Shown here piece by piece: positions 26,711 to 35,874 of a stretch of 64,000 nt of DNA. This stretch comes from Tidjanibacter sp. (GTDB taxonomy: Bacteria; Bacteroidota; Bacteroidia; Bacteroidales; Rikenellaceae): contig JAZNNC010000025.1 of NCBI GenBank assembly GCA_045580045.1, positions 20,367 to 84,366 of the forward strand, given 5' to 3'. Position numbers and translations under genes: made by a program. How positions within the stretch are numbered: the first letter of the stretch is position 1; each line of letters starts with the position of its first letter. The notes below the pieces were generated by a model. The model saw only the letters and a list, made by a program, of their open reading frames with translations, had not been told where the DNA came from and ran no database searches.

Positions 26711-28132
26711 TTAAAATCTGAAATCACGCTCGCCTTGCTCAATCTTCACAAGGTTTTCCTCCGCAATGCGCCTCACGTTCGGATGTGGCACACGGTCAAG
26801 TTCGTCTGCGATAAGCCTCAATCCGGCCCTCATTGTTTCGGGCGATGCATAGTCCACAAGATACTCCTTCAAGGTCATCAGTGCATTGGGTTGGCAACAG
26901 TTGGCAATTTGTCCATTCTTCACCAAAGTCATAAATCTATCGCCCGTGCGTCCCTCGCGGTAACAAGCCGTACAAAAACTCGGCACATAACCCCCCTCCA
27001 ACAACCAGCGCACAATCTCGTCCAACGTGCGGGTGTCGCTCACATCAAACTGTGCGGTGGAGTGTGCATCCTCCTTCTCACCCTCGACATAGCCACCAAC
27101 GCCCGTAGAAGAGCCGCCACTAATCTGCGACACACCCAATTCCAAAGCCCTCTCACGAGATGCCCTACTCTCCCTCGTGGAGATAATCATACCCGTATAG
27201 GGCACAGCAAGGCGCAGAACGGCCACTATCTTGTGGAACACTTCGTCGGGCACAGCGTCCTTGTAGTCGGCCACATCCACCCCGTCGGCTGGACAAATTC
27301 GGGGTACGCTGATGGTGTGGGGACCAACTCCCCACGCTGCTTCGAGATGTTCGGCGTACATCACAAGGCCCACAAAATCGTAGCGGTAGCCCTCCAAGCC
27401 AAACAATACACCAATGCCCACATCGTCAATTCCACCCTCCATAGCCCTATCCATAGCCTCGGTGTGCCATACATAGTCGCTCTTGGGGCCTCGTGGATGG
27501 AGCTTTTCGTAGCGAGCCCTATTGTATGTCTCCTGAAAAAGAATATAGGTACCGATACCCGCATCCTTCAATCGGCGGTAGTTCTCCACGGTGGTTGCCG
27601 CAATGTTCACATTCACCCTGCGAATGGCTCCGTTGCGGTGGTGAGTGGAGTAGATGGTTTGTATGCTCTCCAAAATATATTCGATGGGGTTGTTCAAGGG
27701 GTCCTCGCCCGCCTCCAACGCCAACCTCTTGTGTCCCATATCCTGCAAGGCCACCACCTCACGCTCAATCTCCTGTTGGGTGAGTCGGCGGCGAGGGATG
27801 CTCCTATTGGCAATATGATAGGGGCAATAGGTGCAGCTATTGACGCAGTAGTTCGACAAGTAGAGAGGCGCAAACATAACGATACGCCTACCATAGAAAC
27901 GCTCCTTAACCTCCTTCGCAAGTGCATAGATGCGCTCATTGAGGTCCTCCTGCTCACACTCCAACAGCACTGCTGCCTCCCTGTGGGTTAGTCCGCCACA
28001 CTCGGCCGCCTTGGCAATCAGCCCCTCAATCAACGGGCGGTTGTTCCTATTCTCAGCGGCATACTCCATCGTGGCCACAATCTCCTCGTGGTCAATAAAC
28101 TCCTCTACCCTATGTGATTTTACGTTATACAT
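26711..28132 (-). CDS. hydG: [FeFe]-hydrogenase H-cluster radical SAM maturase
   Basis: LYLSNYCVNSCTYC, LEAGED, LFQETY, GPHTISVPR, C-terminal SFCTACYR...NCCQPNA second-cluster motif. Confidence 0.95.
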   Translation of the reverse strand: MYNVKSHRVEEFIDHEEIVATMEYAAENRNNRPLIEGLIAKAAECGGLTHREAAVLLECEQEDLNERIYALAKEVKERFYGRRIVMFAPLYLSNYCVNSCTYCPYHIANRSIPRRRLTQQEIEREVVALQDMGHKRLALEAGEDPLNNPIEYILESIQTIYSTHHRNGAIRRVNVNIAATTVENYRRLKDAGIGTYILFQETYNRARYEKLHPRGPKSDYVWHTEAMDRAMEGGIDDVGIGVLFGLEGYRYDFVGLVMYAEHLEAAWGVGPHTISVPRICPADGVDVADYKDAVPDEVFHKIVAVLRLAVPYTGMIISTRESRASRERALELGVSQISGGSSTGVGGYVEGEKEDAHSTAQFDVSDTRTLDEIVRWLLEGGYVPSFCTACYREGRTGDRFMTLVKNGQIANCCQPNALMTLKEYLVDYASPETMRAGLRLIADELDRVPHPNVRRIAEENLVKIEQGERDFRF

Positions 28133-28161
28133 TTTTCTATATCTTATTGCTCGGGAAATTC

Positions 28162-29190
28162 CTATTTTCCCAAATATATTTCATAATCAATGGTTTGAAG
28201 GTCGGCCCGAAGTCGGTCTATTCCCTCGGCAGCCTCACTACCACTGTTCTTCTTGTTGTCATAAATGGCATAGCGGCTCCTATACCTCCGGGGGGTTACG
28301 TTGGGCATAACCACGTTGGCTCCCGCCAACAAGCCCCTCAATGTTCCTTCGCCATCGGCCGAAGCAAGTGCCGTGGTGGCCGGTATCATAGCCGTTGGCA
28401 GCAACAGGCGCACCAGAGCAACCATCAACAGCGTTTTCTCCACACTGCCCCTCGGCCACTCTCCAAGCGGCGTGTCGCTCTGGGGCATAAATGGGCCAAT
28501 GCCAACCATCTCAGGCCGTAGTTCGCGCAGGTAGTGCAGGTCGGCCACCAAGTCTTCCGACCTCTGCCACGGGCTGCCCACCATCATACCAGCGCCCACC
28601 CAATAGCCCAACTCTTTGAGCCAACCGAGGCACTCTCGGCGGTGGTGGAAATTCATACGCTCTGGGTGCAAGAGTCCATAATGCTCCTCCGAGGCTGTCT
28701 CGTGGCGCAGCAGGTAGCGATCGGCACCAACCCTACGCCACCTCTCATAGACCTCTCTCGGTTGCTCGCCCAGCGACAACGTAACAGCCGCATCGGGAAA
28801 TTCTGATTTGAGGGTACGGACTACCCCCTCAACCATCTCCGCCCTATCTCTCACCTGACCACCCTGCAATACAAAGGTGCGCAGTCCCAAGCGGTAGGCC
28901 TCACGGCAAGCATCAACAATCTCCTCGGAGGTCATCTCATAGCGGCAGAGTTCACGATTTTCGGCCATCAGGCCACAATAGCGACATCCACCCTCGCACC
29001 TCGACCACACCTCCACAAGTCCACGCAGCCACACTCTTCTTCCGAAGTGCTCCTCGCTCGTGGCCCTTGCTGCCCTGCACACCCTTTCGACACTCTCCCC
29101 ACTATACTCCTCAATGAGTTCGACAAGGAGTTGGTCGGAGGGCCACTCACCACGCCTTAAAGAGTCTATTATATGGTTGATATAATCCAA
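28162..29190 (-). CDS. hydE: [FeFe]-hydrogenase H-cluster radical SAM maturase
   Basis: LRGLVE..RCEGGCRYCGL, TFVLQGG, YLLRHETA, GAGMMVGSP, GIGPF...TP, PATTAL, GANVVMPN; TTG start; in line with hydG and hydF. Confidence 0.92.
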   Translation of the reverse strand: MDYINHIIDSLRRGEWPSDQLLVELIEEYSGESVERVCRAARATSEEHFGRRVWLRGLVEVWSRCEGGCRYCGLMAENRELCRYEMTSEEIVDACREAYRLGLRTFVLQGGQVRDRAEMVEGVVRTLKSEFPDAAVTLSLGEQPREVYERWRRVGADRYLLRHETASEEHYGLLHPERMNFHHRRECLGWLKELGYWVGAGMMVGSPWQRSEDLVADLHYLRELRPEMVGIGPFMPQSDTPLGEWPRGSVEKTLLMVALVRLLLPTAMIPATTALASADGEGTLRGLLAGANVVMPNVTPRRYRSRYAIYDNKKNSGSEAAEGIDRLRADLQTIDYEIYLGK

Positions 29191-29205
29191 ATGTCAAACT
29201 CTCAC

Positions 29206-30084
29206 TTACACAAAAAACATCACAATACCCAGCACCGCAACCGCCATTCCCATCCACTGCACCTTCGAAAGGCGTTCCTTGAAAACCACTGTTCCCACGA
29301 CTGCCACAAGAGCCACAATGGTCGTGTGGTAGAGTGGAAAAAAGGTACTCGATGGCACTTCGGCCAATCCTCGCAACATTCCCCACGTTACAAAAAAGTT
29401 GGCCACTCCGAGGGCCACACCTCCGAGCGCACTCTTCGGCTCCGGCCTCCACCCAACACCATCCCTAATCAGCAGCGCACCAAAGCCAAACAGCGCGGCA
29501 AAGGCAAATATCACTGCGCTGAACATTGCCGACTCCTGCGGTGCAATGAGAGTGGTTTGGGCCACCTTCAATCCAAAATTGTTCACTCCAAACAGCACCC
29601 ACACCCCAAGCGGGTAGAGCACCATTGCCACAGCACTATGCCCTCGTTTTTCTGTTCGCTCCCCTTCGCTACCGTTCTTTGTGGGCGCAAACATCAGTAC
29701 CAAAGCGAACAGAATGGTGGCAATCGCTCCCCAACGGGGCACATCGCCCTCCGGAAAAAGCAAGTAGCTACACACCACAGGCAACACCAATGACACCCTC
29801 GATGCAACGGTCGTGAGCGTAACACCACAGCGCACCGTGGAGCGAGCCATCATCACAAAAGCACCCACGAATGTCGCACCCAACACAACAGCCGCCACCC
29901 ACGAGGCAAACCCCACAGGCAGCACGCTCCCACTCTCCGACATCCCCACAATCAATCCCAACCCCAAAGCGGTCAGGTAATTGAAAGCAATCGCTTGCAA
30001 AGAGTCCAACCCTCTGCAAGCGAATAACTTAAAGAATACCGAATAGAGCGTTCCGCAAACTATTGCAAGGAGTAGGTATAACAT
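29206..30084 (-). CDS. EamA/DMT family transporter
   Basis: About 10 hydrophobic segments in two repeats; C-terminal FKERLSKVQWMG. Confidence 0.85.
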   Translation of the reverse strand: MLYLLLAIVCGTLYSVFFKLFACRGLDSLQAIAFNYLTALGLGLIVGMSESGSVLPVGFASWVAAVVLGATFVGAFVMMARSTVRCGVTLTTVASRVSLVLPVVCSYLLFPEGDVPRWGAIATILFALVLMFAPTKNGSEGERTEKRGHSAVAMVLYPLGVWVLFGVNNFGLKVAQTTLIAPQESAMFSAVIFAFAALFGFGALLIRDGVGWRPEPKSALGGVALGVANFFVTWGMLRGLAEVPSSTFFPLYHTTIVALVAVVGTVVFKERLSKVQWMGMAVAVLGIVMFFV

Positions 30085-31181
30085 CTACGGCGTTTGTGAT
30101 TCTTATGTTCAAATGCCTTCCATTGGCTCTGCACCTCCACATTTGTTTCAAGTTCAGGACCGGTTTCGGCAATCTTCATTCCGTTCTTAATGGCACCGGC
30201 AAGGCCCTCACGCAACAAAATTGCGTTCACACCCTTGCCCTGATACTCTGGTTTTACACCAATACTATAAAAGTCAAGTGTCTTGCTCTTCTTCAAATCC
30301 CTGAAAATGCGGAATACTCCAAAGGGAAACAGGCGGCCCTTCGACTCCCTTACAGCCTTGCTAATCGAAGGAGCCATAAAGCTGTAACCAATGATGTTGT
30401 CGTTCTTGTCGGTAACCACCGCAACATAGTCGGGGTTACCCACCAGCATAATCAGTTTCGAGAAGTCGAGAAGTTGTTTCTCGCTCAACCACACCACGCC
30501 AAACAGTTTGGCAAATGCCTCGTTGAGAATTTGCAGCGCAGGAATGATGTAGGGCTTGATGTCCTTAATCTTCTTGAACTTCAACACTTTATATCCATAC
30601 CTCTCAATGGCCATATTAGCCAACCTGTCGAGCCTTTCGTTCATCACCTCGGGAATGGTAATCTGGAACTCCATCCAATCCACCTTCTTGGTCATACCGA
30701 GTCGCTCGAAGTGGGTAACATAGTAGGGATAGTTATATGGAGTAACATACATATCCTCCTCCTCAAAACCCTCAATCACGAGGCCTTGTTTGTCGAGGTC
30801 CGAGAAACCAATGGGACCGATAATCTCGTTCATACCGCACTCCTTGGCATACTCCACCACCTTGGCAAACAGAGCATCCACAACCTCGGCATCGTCCACA
30901 AAGTCGAACCTCGTGAAGCGCATCTGCTTAACGTCCATCTTCTCGTTGTAGGCCTTGTTGAGCACACCCGCAGCGCGACCAACAACCTTGCCATCCCTCA
31001 GTGCAATCCACATCTTGCACTCGGCATAGACAAATGCACCGTTCTGTTTGGGGTCAAATTCGCTATCCTCGTCCATATAGAGTGCCGGCACAAAGTAGGG
31101 GCAATCCTTATAGAGCCAGATGGGAAATTTGATAAACCTCTTCTTATCCCTTTTGTTTTTTACTTCCCTTATTTCCAACAT
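30060..31181 (-). CDS. GNAT-family N-acetyltransferase (two-domain Bacteroidetes type)
   Basis: KRFIKFP..LY, VVGRAAG, RFTRFDF, YNYPYY, GVKPEYQGKG acetyl-CoA motif A, LETN, RRCY. Confidence 0.8.
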   Translation of the reverse strand: MLEIREVKNKRDKKRFIKFPIWLYKDCPYFVPALYMDEDSEFDPKQNGAFVYAECKMWIALRDGKVVGRAAGVLNKAYNEKMDVKQMRFTRFDFVDDAEVVDALFAKVVEYAKECGMNEIIGPIGFSDLDKQGLVIEGFEEEDMYVTPYNYPYYVTHFERLGMTKKVDWMEFQITIPEVMNERLDRLANMAIERYGYKVLKFKKIKDIKPYIIPALQILNEAFAKLFGVVWLSEKQLLDFSKLIMLVGNPDYVAVVTDKNDNIIGYSFMAPSISKAVRESKGRLFPFGVFRIFRDLKKSKTLDFYSIGVKPEYQGKGVNAILLREGLAGAIKNGMKIAETGPELETNVEVQSQWKAFEHKNHKRRRCYTYSLQ

Positions 31182-31254
31182 AAGTTCACGTGTGTTTTGG
31201 TTAATATTTTCGTGTATTTCTCCCTTTTTTCCCTCTCAATCATCATCGGCCCGA

Positions 31255-31872
31255 CTATCGGCCAATGAGCGACTTGATGTTCTCAATCAGCATTGTAACA
31301 GCCACCGAATTGAAGCCACCCTCGGGAATAATCACATCGGCATACTTCTTCGAAGGCTCCACAAACTCCTCGTGCATAGGCTTAACGGTGGTGGTGTATT
31401 GGGTGATGACCGACTCCATAGAGCGGCCCCTCTCCTTCACATCACGCAAAATCCTGCGAGCCAAGCGCACATCGGCATCGGTGTCCACAAATACCTTGAT
31501 GTCCATCAAATCCCTCAACTCCTTGTTCTCAAAGATGAGGATACCGTCCACGATGATAACCTTGGATGGTTTGACGGGCACCTTCTCGTCGGTGCGTGCG
31601 TGCTCCACAAAGGAATAGACGGGCCTCTCGATGGCCACACCCTCTTTGAGGGCCTTGATATGCTCCACCATCATTGACGTATCAAATGACTGCGGGTGGT
31701 CGTAGTTGAGTTTGGTTCGCTCCTCGTATGTCAAGTGGGGGAACGACTTGTAGTAGTAGTCGTGGCAGATTGTCGCCACATCATCACCTGCGAAAGCCTC
31801 CTGCAATCGCTTTACAAGCGTACTCTTACCGCTACCGGTACCGCCTGCAACTCCAATGATAGTTACATTCAT
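31255..31872 (-). CDS. udk: Uridine kinase
   Basis: IIGVAGGTGSGKST, DYYY, NYDHPQSFD, DADVRLARRILRD, EFVEPSKKYADVIIP. Confidence 0.97.
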   Translation of the reverse strand: MNVTIIGVAGGTGSGKSTLVKRLQEAFAGDDVATICHDYYYKSFPHLTYEERTKLNYDHPQSFDTSMMVEHIKALKEGVAIERPVYSFVEHARTDEKVPVKPSKVIIVDGILIFENKELRDLMDIKVFVDTDADVRLARRILRDVKERGRSMESVITQYTTTVKPMHEEFVEPSKKYADVIIPEGGFNSVAVTMLIENIKSLIGR

Positions 31873-31900
31873 ATTTTTTGAGTTATCAGTTTCTTTTTTT

Positions 31901-31935
31901 AGCCATTAGCCATTAGCCGTTGACCATTAGCTGTT
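31901..31935. repeat. Heptamer array AGCCATT AGCCATT AGCCGTT GACCATT AGCTGTT
   Basis: Five units read directly upstream of udk. Confidence 0.85.
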
Positions 31936-31949
31936 ACCGTCAATGTCCG

Positions 31950-32290
31950 AGCGTAACGCATTTCATTCCCTTCTATCCTCCGATAGCACCACGCAAAAGC
32001 GATAGAATCGAGGAAATTCAAGGCCTGCGAAGCGCATTGCCACCTCATCGCACCTCCTGCGCTTGGATAGAACGGAGGGATTTCAAGGCTTGGTTGTTGG
32101 TTGGGCCCGCAGTTTACTACGGTAAATGAGGAGCCCAAACAACAAGCGTAACGCATTTCACCCCCTTTTATTATCCTCCGACAGCACCACCGCAAAAGCG
32201 ATAGAATCGAGGAAATTCAAGGCCTGTGAAGCGCAAGAAACCGCAGTTTGCTGACGCAAATGAGGATTTCGAGCGCAAGCATAACGCAGA
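31950..32290. repeat. Tandemly repeated structured (REP/MITE- or ncRNA-like) element
   Basis: About 90-bp direct repeats at 31950-32036 and 32145-32235; hairpin core CCGCAGTTTRC-N4-GYAAATGAGGA at 32107-32132 and 32241-32266 with compensatory changes. Confidence 0.85.
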
Positions 32291-32315
32291 ATTTACCGAT
32301 TATCTCGCTTTTGCA

Positions 32316-34271
32316 CTATGCGTCGATTTTCGCATACTTGGCATGCTTCTCAATAAACTCACGGCGAGGACCTACCTCATCACCCATAAGCATCGAGAAA
32401 ATCCTGTCGGCCTCGGCTGCGTTCTCAATCGACACCTGCTTCAAAATGCGGGTTGCGGGATCCATAGTGGTCTCCCACAGCTGGTGCTCGTTCATCTCAC
32501 CAAGACCTTTGTACCTCTGTACGGTAACACCCTTGGTGCCCAACTCGGCGGTAATCTTTGCCCTCTCCTCGTCGGTCCAGCAGTAGTGTTTGGCGTTGCC
32601 CTTCTTAACAAGGTAGAGAGGAGGCATCGCAATATAGACGTGGCCCTGCTCGATGAGCTCCTTCATCTTGCGGAAGAAGAAGGTCAGCATCAGAGTTGCA
32701 ATGTGGCTACCATCCACATCCGCATCGGTCATGATGATAATCTTGTCGTAGCGGAGTTTTTCGAGGTTGAGTGCTTTGGGGTCCTCCTCGGTACCGATGG
32801 TTACACCCAACGCAGTGAACATATTCTTAATCTCCTGATTCTCCCACATACGGTGCTCCTGCACTTTCTCGATGTTGAGAATCTTACCCCTCAAAGGCAT
32901 AATGGCCTGATACTCGCGGTTGCGGCCCTGCTTTGCAGTACCGCCTGCCGAATCACCCTCGACGAAGAAAATCTCCGCTTTGCTCCTATCCCTTGTGGCA
33001 CAGTCGGCCAACTTACCGGGAAGGCCCGAACCGGACAACACAGTCTTACGCTGCACAAGCTCCCTTGCGTGGCGGGCAGCGTGGCGGGCGGTTGCGGCCA
33101 ACACAACTTTATCTACAATGGCCTTTGCATCCTTCGGGTGCTCTTCGAGGTAGTTGGTCAGGGCCTGCGAGATGGCTTGGTCCACAGCCGCTGCAACCTC
33201 GTCATTACCGAGTTTGGTCTTGGTCTGTCCCTCAAACTGAGGCTCGGCAACCTTAACCGACACAACAGCAGTGAGGCCCTCGCGGAAGTCGTCGCCCGAG
33301 ATGTCGAACTTAATCTTCGAGAGCATACCGTTCTCCTCGGCATATTTTTTCATCGTGCGGGTGAGAGCCCTGCGGAAACCGGTCAGGTGGGTACCACCCT
33401 CGATGGTGTTGATATTGTTAACGTAGGAGTGCACATTCTCCGAGAAGCTATCGTTGTACTGCATAGCCACCTCAACGGGAGTGCCGTTTTTCTCGGTGTC
33501 GATGTAGATGATGTCGTCGATAATCTTCTGGCCACGGCTCTCGTCCAAGTACTCCACAAAGCCTTTCAGACCATTGTCCGAGTAGAAGTGCTCGTGGAGG
33601 TAGTTACCCTCCTCGTCTTTCTCCCTACGGTCGGTAATATCGAGGTTGATGCCCTTGTTGAGGAATGCCAACTCGCGCAACCTTGTGGCCAAAATCTCAT
33701 AGCGATAGGTTGTAGCGGTGAAGATATCGCCATCGGGCTTAAATTTGATGGTTGTACCCGTACGATCCGTTTCGCCGATAATCTTCAACTCCGAGGTCGT
33801 TACACCACGGCTGAAAGTCATCTGGTGAATCTTACCGTCCCTGCACACCGTAGCAACAAGCTCGGTCGAAAGCGCGTTCACACACGACACACCCACACCG
33901 TGCAAACCACCCGACACCTTGTAGGAGTCTTTGCTGAACTTACCGCCGGCGTGAAGAATGGTCAACACCACCTCCAAAGCCGACTTACCCTCCTGCTCGT
34001 GCATACCCACAGGGATACCACGGCCGTTATCCTCAACGGTGATGGAGTTGTCCTCGTTGATGGTTACTTTGATGTCGGTACAATAGCCTGCCAGAGCCTC
34101 GTCGATGGAGTTGTCCACCACCTCATAAACCAAGTGGTGCAAACCCCTCTCGCCAATATCTCCGATATACATTGCAGGACGTTTGCGAACTGCTTCGAGG
34201 CCCTCCAACACCTGAATACTTGATGCGGAATACTCCTCCTGTGCTACTTTTTTCTCTTCGATGTTCTCCAT
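32316..34271 (-). CDS. gyrB: DNA gyrase subunit B
   Basis: LEGLEAVRKRPAMYIG, EVVDNSIDE, GGLHGVG, FEGQTK, EGDSAGG, PLRGK, MTDADVDG, RYKGLGEM. Confidence 0.97.
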   Translation of the reverse strand: MENIEEKKVAQEEYSASSIQVLEGLEAVRKRPAMYIGDIGERGLHHLVYEVVDNSIDEALAGYCTDIKVTINEDNSITVEDNGRGIPVGMHEQEGKSALEVVLTILHAGGKFSKDSYKVSGGLHGVGVSCVNALSTELVATVCRDGKIHQMTFSRGVTTSELKIIGETDRTGTTIKFKPDGDIFTATTYRYEILATRLRELAFLNKGINLDITDRREKDEEGNYLHEHFYSDNGLKGFVEYLDESRGQKIIDDIIYIDTEKNGTPVEVAMQYNDSFSENVHSYVNNINTIEGGTHLTGFRRALTRTMKKYAEENGMLSKIKFDISGDDFREGLTAVVSVKVAEPQFEGQTKTKLGNDEVAAAVDQAISQALTNYLEEHPKDAKAIVDKVVLAATARHAARHARELVQRKTVLSGSGLPGKLADCATRDRSKAEIFFVEGDSAGGTAKQGRNREYQAIMPLRGKILNIEKVQEHRMWENQEIKNMFTALGVTIGTEEDPKALNLEKLRYDKIIIMTDADVDGSHIATLMLTFFFRKMKELIEQGHVYIAMPPLYLVKKGNAKHYCWTDEERAKITAELGTKGVTVQRYKGLGEMNEHQLWETTMDPATRILKQVSIENAAEADRIFSMLMGDEVGPRREFIEKHAKYAKIDA

Positions 34272-34359
34272 TTTTGTTTTTTAGTGTTATTTCTTTTGTT
34301 TACGTTTCTTCTTGTTATATCCGTGCAAGGAGACTTCCACATCCCCACACAATGGCCGA

Positions 34360-35085
34360 CTAACCCAAAAGGGCCTTAATGTCAACCTCCTCAACTCGGC
34401 CCTTCGCAAAACGGAACGTGCGCGAAGGATATTGTTCTATGTTGGAAATATTGTGGGTTGACATCACAATCGAGCAACCACTCTCCACAATCCTACGGAA
34501 CAAGGCCATAATCTCGTCCGCCGCTTTGGGGTCCAGATTACCGGTGGGTTCGTCGGCAAGAATAATCTTCGGCCCGTTGACCAGCGCTCTGGCTATCACA
34601 AGCCTCTGCTGTTCGCCACCGGAGAGTTCAAAAGGCATTTTGTACTCCTTGTTGCGGAGCCCCACAACACCCAGCACCTCTTCGATGCGGGCAGCAATTT
34701 CGCCCTCGTTTTTCCATCCCGTGGCACGCATCACAAAGCGCAGGTTGTCATAGACATTGCGGTCGGTGAGCAGTTGATAGTCCTGAAAAACGATGCCAAT
34801 CTTGCGGCGCAATTTATAGACATCCCTGCGGCGCAACTCACGCAAATCGAACCCCGCAATCTCACCTTCACCCTCCAACAGAGGAAGTTCGGCATAGAGG
34901 ATTTTCAGCAGCGAGCTCTTACCGCTACCCACACGGCCGATAAAATAGACCATCTCCCCTTGTCCAACTGCGATATTCACTCCCGACAACACCTGTTGGG
35001 CATCCTTCCACGAAAGCCTGCCGGCGTCATCATCGGGTTGATAAACAACCACATCTTTGAGCTCTATCACATTTGCCTTAGTCAT
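34360..35085 (-). CDS. ftsE: FtsE-like ABC ATP-binding protein
   Basis: GRVGSGKSS, GIVFQDYQLL, LSGGEQQR, ILADEPTGNLD. No ftsX adjacent. Confidence 0.75.
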   Translation of the reverse strand: MTKANVIELKDVVVYQPDDDAGRLSWKDAQQVLSGVNIAVGQGEMVYFIGRVGSGKSSLLKILYAELPLLEGEGEIAGFDLRELRRRDVYKLRRKIGIVFQDYQLLTDRNVYDNLRFVMRATGWKNEGEIAARIEEVLGVVGLRNKEYKMPFELSGGEQQRLVIARALVNGPKIILADEPTGNLDPKAADEIMALFRRIVESGCSIVMSTHNISNIEQYPSRTFRFAKGRVEEVDIKALLG

Positions 35086-35116
35086 AGGGTAAAAAAATCT
35101 GTTTGTTAAAAACAAA

Positions 35117-35124
35117 CAAAGGTA
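35117..35124 (-). promoter_or_regulatory. -7 promoter box of the ftsE-like gene
   Basis: Reverse complement TACCTTTG. Confidence 0.6.
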
Positions 35125-35130
35125 CAAAGA

Positions 35131-35158
35131 AAAATTGAAAATTGAAAACGGAGAATTG
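35131..35158. repeat. Heptamer array AAAATTG AAAATTG AAAACGG AGAATTG
   Basis: Read directly; inverted relative to 35221-35255. Confidence 0.75.
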
Positions 35159-35220
35159 AGATTTTATAAAAAACAACCACTTTTTTCACCCTCAAATAGG
35201 CATTTTATCGCCTTTTTCTA

Positions 35221-35255
35221 CAATTTTCAATCTTCAATTTTCAATTTTCAATTTT
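35221..35255. repeat. Heptamer array of five CAATTTT-type units (one CAATCTT)
   Basis: Read directly; ends 7 nt before the ssrA -7 box. Confidence 0.9.
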
Positions 35256-35262
35256 TATGCAC

Positions 35263-35270
35263 TATTTTTG
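35263..35270 (+). promoter_or_regulatory. -7 promoter box of ssrA
   Basis: TATTTTTG, 17 nt before the tmRNA 5' end. Confidence 0.65.
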
Positions 35271-35286
35271 TACCCACTTTTCCAAC

Positions 35287-35690
35287 GGGGTTGACCGGTT
35301 TTGACAGCAGGATATGCAGGTTGGTAAGCACGTCGAGCTTTGTGTGGGGGCTCGTTAATCTCAACGCTCAAACAATTAAATGGCAATAATAGCTACGCAC
35401 TCGCTGCTTAATTAACCGAGTTAATTGGCTTAATTTCTGCGCCCAAGGCTGGTGCGGAAACGAGTACTCCGCCACACCCTCCCGCTTCTTGTGGGCGTGG
35501 CTAACGGAGTATCATCAATGAGAAGATAGCCCGAGGGGTGTTCCGACCACAGGGCGAAACCAAACCGGAACTGGGGCTGTGATATGGTTGCCACCCACCG
35601 CATTGCAGCAGGAGGATTAAGCAGTGGATAAGCGTGTAGAAAACTTTCAGGCAGACTGTTTGGACGGGGGTTCGACTCCCCCCAGCTCCA
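35287..35690 (+). ncRNA. ssrA: tmRNA (transfer-messenger RNA), tag (A)GNNSYALAA*
   Basis: 5' GGGGTTG pairs with 3' CAGCTCC-A including a G3-U pair; T-arm GGGGGTTCGACTCCCCC; tag ORF ggc aat aat agc tac gca ctc gct gct taa at 35382-35411. Confidence 0.97.
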
Positions 35691-35693
35691 CAC

Positions 35694-35737
35694 AAAAAAA
35701 AGAGCGTTGGTTCACATACCGAATCACGCTCTTTTTT
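35694..35737 (+). terminator. Terminator after ssrA
   Basis: aaaaaaagagcg...cgctctttttt. Confidence 0.75.
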
Positions 35738-35874
35738 CGTTGTAATGGCAGACATATTTCGTCTTGCCAAATAAAAAACGGCATTTTTTTTGGTTTGGTA
35801 GAACAACAATCAAGAAAAAGAGATACCTTTGTGGCAACATACTGAATATACATTTTTTATCATCATTCAAGACA

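Noticed and set aside
31899-32195. Short ORFs (98 aa minus, 69 aa plus) in the udk-gyrB gap
   Set aside because: They are translations of the repeat element (MRYA occurs twice); no coding signal.
31950-32290. Possible CRISPR array, hammerhead ribozyme or toxin-antitoxin locus
   Set aside because: Repeat length and spacing are not CRISPR-like and no cas gene is present. There is no CUGANGA/GAAA core in a hammerhead arrangement and no convincing small hydrophobic toxin ORF.
32226-34223. 665-aa plus-strand ORF over gyrB
   Set aside because: Antisense shadow of gyrB.
35287-35760. tmRNA and tRNAs as integration sites
   Set aside because: No integrase and no duplicated 3' end of ssrA, tRNA-Arg or tRNA-Gln seen in the window.
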